A DNA stretch of 63,995 bases, filler included, from an uncultured bacterium (GTDB taxonomy: Bacteria > CAYSBA01): assembly GCA_964429075.1 (NCBI GenBank). It is 5 parts of 5 records of this genome, joined end to end, with 100 filler letters (N's around TTAATTAATTAA, not from the genome) between each part and the next. Parts side by side here need not be neighbours in the genome. Positions count along the whole stretch, not along the records: positions 46,673 to 59,739 come from CAYSBA010000007.1; positions 59,840 to 63,995 come from CAYSBA010000165.1; 3 more parts are not named here. One strand, written 5' to 3'. Of the stretch, positions 53,500 through 62,584 are shown in pieces. Position 1 is the stretch's first letter; every line of letters begins with the position of its first letter. The translations under genes and the position numbers were made by a program. The notes under the pieces were generated by a model. That model was given only the letters and a program-made list of their open reading frames with translations. It had not been told where the DNA came from and did no database searches.

Positions 53500-54086
53500 C
53501 GTCCTCCTCCTAACAGTTTTTTTCTATTAAAATTGTTCATGGTTTTTTTTATTCCATCAATAAGCACAGATTTTAAAAGATAAGATGCCCTTTCTGTAAA
53601 CTCCTGAAACTCTTTTAAACGTTCACCCCTAATAGGCATCAATACATAGTCAGAAGGTTTTAAATTCTCTTCAGACCTACCAACTCCCAACTTTAATCTC
53701 CAGAAATCGCTATTATTAAGACAATCTATGATCGATTGTACACCCTTGTGTCCGGCTGATGATCCCCCAAACTGAAATTTTACCCTGTAGCGTTCAAGGT
53801 CAATATCATCATGTACAACTATCATACTATCTAAGGGAATGGGTTTATATTTTAAGAATTTGCTTACTGCAAGCCCGGAGTTATTCATAAACGTAAGAGG
53901 GTATAATAGTATTGTTTGTATATTGTTGATAGTACCCTGAACAACTCTGTAAAGACCCCTCTTCTGATTCACTCTGCTGGGCACAATCTCTTTTTCCAGT
54001 CTCATTAAGGTCAAAAAACCTGCATTATGATATGTGTTAATATATCTTTCACCGGGATTGCCAAGACCAACAAAGAGATGCACCAC
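53496..54086 (-). CDS. pth: Peptidyl-tRNA hydrolase
   Basis: GLGNPG..HNAGF, FMNNSG, HDDID, GHKG; follows rplY. Confidence 0.95.
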   Translation of the reverse strand: MVHLFVGLGNPGERYINTYHNAGFLTLMRLEKEIVPSRVNQKRGLYRVVQGTINNIQTILLYPLTFMNNSGLAVSKFLKYKPIPLDSMIVVHDDIDLERYRVKFQFGGSSAGHKGVQSIIDCLNNSDFWRLKLGVGRSEENLKPSDYVLMPIRGERLKEFQEFTERASYLLKSVLIDGIKKTMNNFNRKKLLGGGR

Positions 54087-54117
54087 TTCTGCTCCAGAAT
54101 ATTAGAATATTACTTTT

Positions 54118-54759
54118 TCAGTTCTCCTTTTTCTCTTTGGTCTTTTCTTCCTGTGTCTCAGGCTCTTCTGTCTCTTCTGTCTCAGGCTCTTCCGTCTCCG
54201 GAGCAAGGATGTTTATCACCGGGAAATTTGTCTCATATACAAGTTCTACACCTTCTGGTGCTTCAATGTCTGCAATATGTACAACATCGCCGATATCAAG
54301 ATTGCTGACATCATAATGAATGGCCTCAGGGATCTGATCTATCTTACCAAAAACAGTAAGGTGCTCTCTAAGGACCTGCAAAACACCACCTTTTTTAACT
54401 CCCTCAGGTGTGCCCTCAATAATCAAAGGACACTCAACCTCCAAAGGCTTTTCTCTATCCACCCTCATAAATTCTACATCAAGAAGATCATATTTAATCG
54501 GCTCTACCTGATAATCCCTCAGGACCACAAGTTCGTTTCGTTTCCCACCGTTGTTTCTTACAGACATCTCTACAAAGACCACTTTCTTTTTTGTAGTCTT
54601 TATTATATTTATGGCATCGTGCTGATCCATCTGTATTGGTATGGGCTCATCGTTCCCACCATATATTACCCCCGGGATGAGCTTCTGTGCCCTGAGTTTG
54701 CGTGCAACTCCCTTTCCTGATTTATCTCTCTTTTTAACCTCAACAAAGATCTTTTCCAT
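54118..54759 (-). CDS. rplY: 50S ribosomal protein L25/Ctc
   Basis: GKGVARKLR..IPGVIYG, GVKKGG, acidic tail. Confidence 0.96.
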   Translation of the reverse strand: MEKIFVEVKKRDKSGKGVARKLRAQKLIPGVIYGGNDEPIPIQMDQHDAINIIKTTKKKVVFVEMSVRNNGGKRNELVVLRDYQVEPIKYDLLDVEFMRVDREKPLEVECPLIIEGTPEGVKKGGVLQVLREHLTVFGKIDQIPEAIHYDVSNLDIGDVVHIADIEAPEGVELVYETNFPVINILAPETEEPETEETEEPETQEEKTKEKKEN

Positions 54760-54770
54760 CTCTTACTCCT

Positions 54771-55700
54771 TCAAACAAAAAGTGAACTAACAGAGTAGTT
54801 ATTGTGTATATTTATAATTGCCTTTGCAATCAAGTCTGCAAGACTCAGCTGTATAATCTTGCTACATTCCTTTGCTGCTCCTCTTAAAGGAATTGTATTT
54901 GATACAACCAATGCCTTCATATTTGAATTCTCTATTCTCTCAATTGCAGGACCGCTCAAGACCGGATGTACACAGTAGGCAAAGACTTCAGTTGCTCCCT
55001 TTTCATATAAAAGATCTACCGCCTGAGTAACCGTACCTGCTGTGTCGATTAGATCATCAAGAATTATGGCCTTTTTCCCTTTAACATCACCAATAAGATT
55101 CATTATCTTGGATTCATTGGGTTTCGGACGTCTCTTGTCTATAATTGCAAGTGGACAGCCAAGCCTCTTAGAGTATGCCCTTGCACGCTCAACACCTCCA
55201 GCATCAGGTGCAATAATTACGATATCATCTCCAACTCGCTTTTTTATGTCATTTAGAAAAACAGGTGCAGCATAAAGATGATCAAAGGGTATGTTAAAAA
55301 AACCCTGTATCTGACCGGCATGAAGATCTATGGATAGCACCCTCGATGCGCCGGCGACTGTTATTAAATCTGCCATCAACTTTGCCGAGATTGGTGCACG
55401 TGGTGCAACCTTTCTATCCTGCCTGCCATAACCGTAATATGGTATAACTGCAACCACCCTCCCTGCACTTGCCCTCTTGAGCGCATCCAACAATACAAGT
55501 AGCTCCATAATATAGTCGTTTGAATAGGTGGATTGTATCAAAAAGACATCCTTGCCTCTTACATTCTCAAGGATTTCGACCTGGACCTCACCATCACTAA
55601 ATCTATTGACCTTTGCATCGAGGAGTTTTCTCCCAATATGATCTGCAACCTCTTCTGCAAGGTCCCTGTTGGAGTTTCCACTAATAATTACAAGCTCCAT
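54771..55700 (-). CDS. prs: Ribose-phosphate pyrophosphokinase
   Basis: [32 protein letters not shown]. True start is ATG 55700 with SD GAGG; the track start at 55763 is inside the tRNA. Confidence 0.97.
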   Translation of the reverse strand: MELVIISGNSNRDLAEEVADHIGRKLLDAKVNRFSDGEVQVEILENVRGKDVFLIQSTYSNDYIMELLVLLDALKRASAGRVVAVIPYYGYGRQDRKVAPRAPISAKLMADLITVAGASRVLSIDLHAGQIQGFFNIPFDHLYAAPVFLNDIKKRVGDDIVIIAPDAGGVERARAYSKRLGCPLAIIDKRRPKPNESKIMNLIGDVKGKKAIILDDLIDTAGTVTQAVDLLYEKGATEVFAYCVHPVLSGPAIERIENSNMKALVVSNTIPLRGAAKECSKIIQLSLADLIAKAIINIHNNYSVSSLFV

Positions 55701-55713
55701 AGATTGCCTCTTA

Positions 55714-56658
55714 CTATTCACCTGCTGGGGCGGGAGGATTCGAACCTCCATTGCAGGGACCAAAACCCTGTGTCCTGCCTTTAGACGACACCCCAGAAAA
55801 TATCTTCACAGCATAAAATTTAAAATCGCAAAAGGCATTTTTCAGCTTCAGTATTGCACTATTGATTAGCCCCTCTTCTTTAAAAATACCAAATACTGCA
55901 CTGCCACTACCTGATAATGATGCATAAATAGCACCCTCATCAATTAAAGCGTTTAAAAACCGCTCAAATATAGGGGATACCCTCTTTAAGACCTGCCAAA
56001 AATCGTTATGCATCCCGGTTCCCAGCGAAGATAAAAACCTGTAAAAATTGATGGAGTCTTTAACATAAGGCTGTTTCCTTGTCAAACCAGCAACATCGCG
56101 CCTATCAAGAAGCTCATATGCATCCTTGGTTGACACACTCAAAGGTGGAATACCGATTAAAAAATATGGCCTGGTTTCAACCTCGATAGGCCTTACCCTA
56201 TCGCCAATTCCAGAAACAATAGAGGGAGTGTTGTATAAAAAAAAGGGTACATCCGATCCAACGCTATAAACAAGACTCATAAGATCTATATCATCAATCT
56301 TTTTCCCTGCGTATTTTAACACCCATTTTATCACTTCTGCTGCATCACTGCTTGCACCTCCAAGGCCACTTTCTGCGGGAATGTATTTTTTTACCCTGAT
56401 CTTTAGCGGTGGGAAATCTATACCCATATCTCTAAGGAAATGTATTGCCCTGATAACCGTATTATCAGATTTTGAGATCTCTTTTATGTTTTCAAATTCA
56501 ACTGTATCATCACATAGAGAATTGTCTGTCTCAATATAGATTTTATCGACAAGGGTTATGGGAACAATCAGACTGTGTACTGGATGATAACCATCTTTTC
56601 TTTTTCTCCCTACATAAAGATATATATTTAACTTTGCAGGTGCCTTTAGCTCAATCAT
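55714..56658 (-). CDS. ispE: 4-(cytidine 5'-diphospho)-2-C-methyl-D-erythritol kinase; frame runs through tRNA-Gln
   Basis: [43 protein letters not shown]. Confidence 0.96.
   Translation of the reverse strand: MIELKAPAKLNIYLYVGRKRKDGYHPVHSLIVPITLVDKIYIETDNSLCDDTVEFENIKEISKSDNTVIRAIHFLRDMGIDFPPLKIRVKKYIPAESGLGGASSDAAEVIKWVLKYAGKKIDDIDLMSLVYSVGSDVPFFLYNTPSIVSGIGDRVRPIEVETRPYFLIGIPPLSVSTKDAYELLDRRDVAGLTRKQPYVKDSINFYRFLSSLGTGMHNDFWQVLKRVSPIFERFLNALIDEGAIYASLSGSGSAVFGIFKEEGLINSAILKLKNAFCDFKFYAVKIFSGVSSKGRTQGFGPCNGGSNPPAPAGE
55725..55795 (-). tRNA. tRNA-Gln (TTG), CCA not encoded
   Basis: Acceptor TGGGGTG/CGCCCCA, anticodon arm CAGGG-TTTTGGT-CCCTG, T arm GGAGG-TTCGAAT-CCTCC; conserved ispE-tRNAGln-prs position. 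Confidence 0.96.
56057..56085 (-). promoter_or_regulatory. Possible internal promoter in ispE for tRNA-Gln/prs
   Basis: TTGACA-17 nt-TAAAGA with TG extension; the -10 is imperfect. Confidence 0.35.
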
Positions 56659-56673
56659 TTCAGAACAACCATA

Positions 56674-58290
56674 TCACAGGGTCTTTCTTCTATATGCCTC
56701 AATCAGACTCGATAATGTTGGCTCCACATGTTTTAATAATCTCTGTTTATGCTCAAAATATGCTTCAAGCTGTCTTTCAACATCACTCCAGCCCATACCA
56801 AGCTCATCTGCAAGTATTCCCATAGCTTCAACACTGCATCGTCCACCAACACATCTTTTCTTACAGAGCCCTGTTCTTCTTTCAACATCATCAAGCGTCA
56901 TTGCCATCTCTTTTCTTATGACATAGCGTATCTCAGCCTCAGTTACCATAGAACCTGCACATATAATTCGCCTGTAAACAGGATTCCGATGCATTAACGC
57001 TACAATGTCTTTCAATCTGCATCCATATCTTCTGTAAAGTGACATAAAAATATGATCAGGGCATCTGATACTCTCTCTTTTAATCTCTTCTTCAGAGCCA
57101 GGCAGTGGTGTGATATGGGTGGTACAAACTGCATTTTTCCGCAATCGTTTAGTTATTATATTGGAAATCTCCTCTGCGACCAGCCTGAAACTTGCAAGTT
57201 TTCCACCTATTATTGAATAAATTCCTGATATCCCATCGGTCTCTTCATGATCTATGATTTTATGATCCCTTGTAAGATCATCTTCATACTTTCCATATTC
57301 ATAAATAGTTGGTCTTATACCGACCCTTACACCACAGGGTTTGATCCTATCAAAGATTGATGTAATCCGTCTTGCAGCTGTAAGCAGGTATTCAACCTCA
57401 TCTTCAAGCACCCTGACCTCGTCAGGAGAACCAAAGTAGTCATCATCGGTTGTTCCAATAAAGGTATTTGTACCGTGTGGCATAATAAACACATTCCTTC
57501 CATCAAGGGCTTGAAAGATCACTCCATAATCGGTTATCCTTCCTTCATATACAAGATGGATGCCCTTGGCAGGCCTGATTTTTACAGATATCCCTGCAAG
57601 CTTTGAAAGATTAGAAGACCATGCACCTGTTGCATTAACAATAAAAGATGAATGGTATATTGAGATTTGACCATTTAGTCTGTTTATCACCTTTACTCCA
57701 GCTATCCTGCCTGCAGCATCTTTTATAAAATCGATAACCTCTGTATGATTTAATATTTTTGCACCATTCTCCCTGGCACTCATTGCATTTAACCATGTCA
57801 ATCTCGCATCATCAATACCCCACTCATCCATGGTTACCGCACCCCTGTACTGATCCACATTTATCCAGGGTAAAACCCTCTTTAAATCGTCCCTGTTAAG
57901 CCGGGTATGTTTTTTACCTCCCTTTAATGTCTGATATTTATCGTAGGCAGTAAAGTAGGCCTCCAAAAGTTCGAGATAGATAGCAGATCTTTTTCTATTT
58001 GCTTCTACAGGATAGACAAAGGGGATCCTGAAAATTAGATGCCTTGCAATATCCTTTACCCATCCACCATCTCTGCTTGATTTTTCTGTTGTATCAGGAT
58101 CGTGGAGAAGATATCTGAGCCCACCGTGGATCATACCACTCGAGTTACCGCTGGCCCCAAAGGCAAAGTCGTGTTTTTCAATAAGGAGTACCTTAAAACC
58201 TCTTAATGAGAGATCTCTCGCAATGCCACAACCATTGATCCCTCCGCCAATTACGATTACATCAAATTTTGAAGATGTACTTTTGTCCAT
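56674..58290 (-). CDS. glpD: FAD-dependent glycerol-3-phosphate dehydrogenase/oxidase
   Basis: IGGGING, IHGGLRYL, VNATGAW, KGIHL, IGTTD, GIRP, GGK; Cys-rich GlpA-like C-terminus RRTGLCKKRCVGGRC. Confidence 0.9.
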   Translation of the reverse strand: MDKSTSSKFDVIVIGGGINGCGIARDLSLRGFKVLLIEKHDFAFGASGNSSGMIHGGLRYLLHDPDTTEKSSRDGGWVKDIARHLIFRIPFVYPVEANRKRSAIYLELLEAYFTAYDKYQTLKGGKKHTRLNRDDLKRVLPWINVDQYRGAVTMDEWGIDDARLTWLNAMSARENGAKILNHTEVIDFIKDAAGRIAGVKVINRLNGQISIYHSSFIVNATGAWSSNLSKLAGISVKIRPAKGIHLVYEGRITDYGVIFQALDGRNVFIMPHGTNTFIGTTDDDYFGSPDEVRVLEDEVEYLLTAARRITSIFDRIKPCGVRVGIRPTIYEYGKYEDDLTRDHKIIDHEETDGISGIYSIIGGKLASFRLVAEEISNIITKRLRKNAVCTTHITPLPGSEEEIKRESIRCPDHIFMSLYRRYGCRLKDIVALMHRNPVYRRIICAGSMVTEAEIRYVIRKEMAMTLDDVERRTGLCKKRCVGGRCSVEAMGILADELGMGWSDVERQLEAYFEHKQRLLKHVEPTLSSLIEAYRRKTL

Positions 58291-59555
58291 TAAAATTCGT
58301 AAGTTATGTCAAGACCAAAAAGATGTGCAGTTATCCTCGCATCACCGCCGAGCACTGCTTTTTTATAACTTTCGTCTGTTCTATAGGCCTCATTCAAAAT
58401 ATCAGGATTTGTTATAGTCCTTTTGTTGTTTACCACATAGAAATAAAAGCCATCTATTCTTAAATGACCGAACCTATAGCCGATACCGAAGGAAGGTCCC
58501 CTCTTGATGCTCTCTGGTAGGGACATATCAACAGACTCATCGGGAACCGGTGTGGAATCCATCAAAAAGCCACCCCTTAAGTAGAGTTTATTCTGTATTG
58601 TATATTCTGCACCCAATCTTATAGTCCAGTTGTTATGCCAGTTTTTGTTGAGAGTAAGTGAGGTTTGACCTCCAAGCTCCTTGTCAAAGGATAGCTCAAT
58701 AGTGTTATAACTCTCCCATCTTGTATAGGAGAAGCTCATCTCCACAACTAAGTTTTTGATACCACTATAGCCTATACCAACATTGATTGAATCAGGAAGT
58801 GTAATCTTTGTTGTAGCACCTGTAGGTTCTATACCAAGTTCGGTAGTATTCCCTGTTTCACTATCGATGGTATATAGATCTACCTTCCCAGTTACATTAA
58901 CCGGCATCTTTGCCTTATAATTTATACCTATTAAAAGGTCTTTTATTGGGGAGGCCAACACACCAAAAGACATAAACAGAGACTTACCATCTCCAGAAAG
59001 TGACTCAAGTAGCTGACCATTTTTGAGTTCAAAGGCAGCATTAAAAAAACCAATTCCGAAACAAGCCCCCAAGGATAGGCTGTCTTTTAACAGTTCATAA
59101 GATGCAGCAGCAGCAACAACTGGCATCTCAACAGAGGTATTCCCATTGACATAGGGTGTCTTATAGTTCCATTTAGAACCAAGTCCGTAGGGTACGAAAA
59201 AACCTGCACCAACTACAAGGGGAATAGAATTAACCGGGTAGGCAACATAGAGATGGGGTGGATAAAAGATTTGAGATTCTGTTTTATCTGTTACACCATC
59301 TGGTCTGTTATAGGTAATATCTGGAAAGATCAGAGTAAGCCCAAGATCGACATTGGTCTTTGTGTTGTTACTCAAACTGGCGGGGTTATAAAATAGGGCT
59401 GAAGCATCCTGTGATACAGCGTAGTTTGAGCCACCCATCGCAACCCCCCTTGAACTATGCTCTGTGAGGGAAAATCCACCTGCAAAGACTGTTTTTACAG
59501 AAATACCAAAAAATAATATCATCGCACATAAAGAAAACAAAATCTTTTTAACCAT
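58290..59555 (-). CDS. fadL: OmpP1/FadL long-chain fatty acid outer-membrane transporter
   Basis: AGGFSLTEHS, DASALFYNPA, VPYGLG, YTRWESY, RLGAEY, C-terminal YEF. Confidence 0.9.
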   Translation of the reverse strand: MVKKILFSLCAMILFFGISVKTVFAGGFSLTEHSSRGVAMGGSNYAVSQDASALFYNPASLSNNTKTNVDLGLTLIFPDITYNRPDGVTDKTESQIFYPPHLYVAYPVNSIPLVVGAGFFVPYGLGSKWNYKTPYVNGNTSVEMPVVAAAASYELLKDSLSLGACFGIGFFNAAFELKNGQLLESLSGDGKSLFMSFGVLASPIKDLLIGINYKAKMPVNVTGKVDLYTIDSETGNTTELGIEPTGATTKITLPDSINVGIGYSGIKNLVVEMSFSYTRWESYNTIELSFDKELGGQTSLTLNKNWHNNWTIRLGAEYTIQNKLYLRGGFLMDSTPVPDESVDMSLPESIKRGPSFGIGYRFGHLRIDGFYFYVVNNKRTITNPDILNEAYRTDESYKKAVLGGDARITAHLFGLDITYEF

Positions 59556-59739
59556 AAGACCTCCTTTGAAATTGCTTATCAGCTACAATATAATCCCCAT
59601 TAAGTCAAATCGATATCTTAAAGGGTATAATGTTTGATCATCTATTAGATGCTGTTTTTAAAAAAGAATCATTTTTTTACATTGCTTAATATCTCTTTAA
59701 GAAATCTATTACTTTTTTAGTTTTAGCTACATTAAGAGG

Positions 59740-59839
59740 NNNNNNNNNNNNNNNNNNNNNNNNNNNNNNNNNNNNNNNNNNNNTTAATTAATTAANNNNN
59801 NNNNNNNNNNNNNNNNNNNNNNNNNNNNNNNNNNNNNNN
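59740..59839. other. Artificial contig-joining spacer
   Basis: N-TTAATTAATTAA-N. Confidence 0.98.
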
Positions 59840-59841
59840 CA

Positions 59842-60405
59842 GTATGGACTGGTACAGAATATGGGGTGCTATGGCATGGCTATGAAGTACCTTTAGGTGA
59901 ACAGCTTGAATTTGCAAGAATAGATACATCTGGTAATAAGATTGGGTCAGATATTAGAATCACTGATACTCCCGGGACTTCAGGAGGGCCATCTTTTGTA
60001 TGGACAGGAACTGAATACGGTGTTAGTTGGCATGACGATAGAGATGATGCATATTCAGGTAATTTTGAGATATATTTTGCAAGGATAGATGCATCTGGTA
60101 ATAAGATTGGGTCAGATATTAGAATCACTAATGCAACAGGTAAATCAACATCACCTTCTCTTGTCTGGACAGGAAATGAATATGGAATTAGCTGGAAGGA
60201 CGACAGAGATGGGAACTGGGAGATATACTTTGCAAGAATAGATGCATCTGGCAGTAAGATAGGACAGGATGTTAGGATAACAAATGCAACTGGTGATTCT
60301 TATGATCCCTCCCTTGTCTGGACAGGTCAAGAATACGGGGTTATCTGGGTTGACGACAGAGATGGAAACAATGAGATATACTTTGCAAGGATTGGATGTA
60401 AATAA
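59842..60405 (+). CDS. Repeat (beta-propeller-like) protein, C-terminal fragment
   Basis: About 3.5 copies of a ~50-aa unit LVWTGxEYGVxWxDDRDGNxEIYFARIDASGxKIGxDxRITNA; frame open from the contig edge. Confidence 0.85.
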   Translation, partial: VWTGTEYGVLWHGYEVPLGEQLEFARIDTSGNKIGSDIRITDTPGTSGGPSFVWTGTEYGVSWHDDRDDAYSGNFEIYFARIDASGNKIGSDIRITNATGKSTSPSLVWTGNEYGISWKDDRDGNWEIYFARIDASGSKIGQDVRITNATGDSYDPSLVWTGQEYGVIWVDDRDGNNEIYFARIGCK

Positions 60406-60480
60406 TGTAACCAGCTTGGGTAAATGGCCTTAATTGGTGGTATTTAATTGAGGATTCTATAAGTAGCTCAAGACTAATTA

Positions 60481-61011
60481 TTATTTTTTGTGGCAGGCAA
60501 GACAGAGTCTGCTTTTTGCATTACCGTCTATCCTTACAGTCCCATCTGCCCTGTGACAACTCACACATGTTACCTTCCCATCCTGCAACAAAATCTCACT
60601 ATTTAACATCTCAGGCGCCACATAATGTCTTGGATCTCGTAGATAGGCTGAATAATAATCAACACCTACTGGATGATCATGGTTGATCGTTCTGTTTACT
60701 GCTGATCTCTTAGATCCACCGTTCATTTGCTCATAACCCTTTTCAAAAAGAAAATAGCTGAACACATCCCTGCCTATAGCCCCATCGTGACATGAAAGAC
60801 AGTCTTGTTTCATACTCCATTTTCTATCAACAGTTTTTATCTTTCTGGATCTTTTAGCCACCCAGCGCGATGCTTCAAAGAGAATTAAATAATCAGAATG
60901 TGGAGAGACAACATTAAGCTTCATCCTGTCAGGCCTATCCTTAGAAAATGCTGAAAAAACTATTAAAACAGTAAGGATCAAACCATGTATGATTGTCTTT
61001 ATTTTCTTCAT
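60481..61011 (-). CDS. Exported triheme c-type cytochrome (doubled-CXXCH-like)
   Basis: Signal peptide, CLSCH, HPVG, CVSCH, CLACH. Confidence 0.88.
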   Translation of the reverse strand: MKKIKTIIHGLILTVLIVFSAFSKDRPDRMKLNVVSPHSDYLILFEASRWVAKRSRKIKTVDRKWSMKQDCLSCHDGAIGRDVFSYFLFEKGYEQMNGGSKRSAVNRTINHDHPVGVDYYSAYLRDPRHYVAPEMLNSEILLQDGKVTCVSCHRADGTVRIDGNAKSRLCLACHKK

Positions 61012-61045
61012 CTTGATCTCCTTTCAAAAAATCCAGAAATAGGAG

Positions 61046-61062
61046 ATCAAGAATAATGCCAA
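61046..61062 (-). promoter_or_regulatory. Sigma54 (-24/-12) promoter of the cytochrome gene
   Basis: TTGGCATTATTCTTGAT, i.e. GG-N10-GA with a variant -12. Confidence 0.6.
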
Positions 61063-61074
61063 ATTTGATTTATG

Positions 61075-61087
61075 TAACCTATTGATA
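61075..61087 (-). promoter_or_regulatory. IHF site
   Basis: TATCAATAGGTTA matches WATCAANNNNTTR exactly and lies between the -24 element and the putative UAS. Confidence 0.55.
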
Positions 61088-61114
61088 TTATTTAATATTC
61101 ATAAAGTTAGCTCA

Positions 61115-61141
61115 GACACAAATTATCATTTTTGACACAAA
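61115..61141. promoter_or_regulatory. Putative upstream activating sequence
   Basis: GACACAAA direct repeat (61115, 61134) and dyad TATCA-N4-TGACA (61124-61137), about 80-105 nt upstream of the predicted +1. Confidence 0.4.
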
Positions 61142-61213
61142 AAATAGAAATTATACATATCTTATTGTAATTATTGGTTATTTATAATTCTTAATTTTGA
61201 GATTTTCTTAAAT

Positions 61214-62578
61214 TTAATACTTTATCCTGTGTTTTTTTAACAATCTATACAGAGTACTCCTTGAGACTCCAAGAATTCGTGCAGCCTCCTCTACATTGCC
61301 TTTTGTTTTCTTTATTGTTATGGCAATGCCAAGCCTTTCATAGTCCTTCAATGTTATTATTCCTTTTAATTCATCGATCTTTTTATCTTCGGTTCTATCT
61401 TGCTGTCTCTGTTTAGAATAAAATGAAACTGCTTCTTCACCCTCTGCAATTATCCTGAACACAAAATTTCTTAGCTCACGAATATTTCCCGGCCAGTTGT
61501 GATTCATCATAAATTTTAAAGTGGAAGTCTTAAATCTAAATCGATTCATTCCTGCCTTTCTTGAAAAGAAATAGGCAAGTTCTGGTATATCCTCCCTCCT
61601 TTCTCTCAGGGGCGGCATATCTATTCTCAACACATTTAGCCTGTAAAAGAGGTCTTCTCTAAAAGTGCCCTCACCAACCATCCTTTCTAAATCTCTATTG
61701 GTAGCAGCAATAACTCTTACATCAACGTCAAATTCTATATTCTCACCAATGGGCCGTATCTTTTTTGCCTCAAGAAACCTCAACAGCTTTACCTGTTTGT
61801 TCAACGAGAGTTCGCCAATCTCATCAAAAAAGACAGTTCCCCCATCTGCTGCCCTTAATAAACCTACCCTATCTGTAATAGCACCAGAAAAAGATCCCTT
61901 TTTGTGACCAAACAATTCACTTACAAACAGCTCATCTGACAGGATACTACAATCTACTGTGATAAATGGCTTATCCGCCCGTCTTGAGTGGTCGTGTAGT
62001 ATTCTTGCTATACTCTCTTTGCCTGTGCCGGTCTCTCCTATTATCAATACAGGAAAGTCAAGCTGTGCGTATCTTTCTACTTTTGACATCAACTCATACA
62101 TAATCCTGCTTTTACCAGTAACAAAATCTTTGTATCTAAGATTTGAGACTGCCCTTTCTAATCTTTTTGTCCTTCTGTTAAGTCTTGTTTTTTCTATTGC
62201 CTTTTTTACCAGAGTGGCCAGATATTCATTTGACTCAAAGGGCTTTATGATAAAATCGTAGGCCCCCTCTTTCATACATCGTACAGCCACATCTACAGAT
62301 GCATGTGCGGTCATCATAATGACTTCCACATCAGGGTCTATTGATTTTATATCAACAAGAAACTCATCACCCCTCTTTTTTGGCAACATAATATCGAGTA
62401 AAATTGCATCTATGTTTTTATCTTCCAACAATACTTTTTGGGCAACAAAGGCATCTTGGGCCTCAATTGTATTAAAACCCTCCCTCTTTAGAAGCTTTGT
62501 TAAGAGTCTTCTAAGCCCATCTTCATCATCCACAATAAGGACGACAGGGACTCTTTTACTCTCCCCTTCTAAATTCAT
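61214..62578 (-). CDS. Sigma54-dependent response regulator (NtrC/AtoC family)
   Basis: Receiver domain, [52 protein letters not shown]. Confidence 0.95.
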   Translation of the reverse strand: MNLEGESKRVPVVLIVDDEDGLRRLLTKLLKREGFNTIEAQDAFVAQKVLLEDKNIDAILLDIMLPKKRGDEFLVDIKSIDPDVEVIMMTAHASVDVAVRCMKEGAYDFIIKPFESNEYLATLVKKAIEKTRLNRRTKRLERAVSNLRYKDFVTGKSRIMYELMSKVERYAQLDFPVLIIGETGTGKESIARILHDHSRRADKPFITVDCSILSDELFVSELFGHKKGSFSGAITDRVGLLRAADGGTVFFDEIGELSLNKQVKLLRFLEAKKIRPIGENIEFDVDVRVIAATNRDLERMVGEGTFREDLFYRLNVLRIDMPPLRERREDIPELAYFFSRKAGMNRFRFKTSTLKFMMNHNWPGNIRELRNFVFRIIAEGEEAVSFYSKQRQQDRTEDKKIDELKGIITLKDYERLGIAITIKKTKGNVEEAARILGVSRSTLYRLLKKHRIKY

Positions 62579-62584
62579 ATTGAT

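Noticed and set aside
55701..55763. N-terminal extension of Prs in the ORF track
   Set aside because: Starts inside tRNA-Gln; the real start is ATG 55700 with an SD
16083..59839. Recurring TTAATTAATTAA palindrome flanked by Ns (four copies)
   Set aside because: Artificial six-frame-stop linker between contigs, not a biological repeat
59842..60405. Repeats as a CRISPR array or DGR template/variable pair
   Set aside because: Repeats are in-frame protein-coding units of ~150-165 nt; no cas or reverse transcriptase gene is in view
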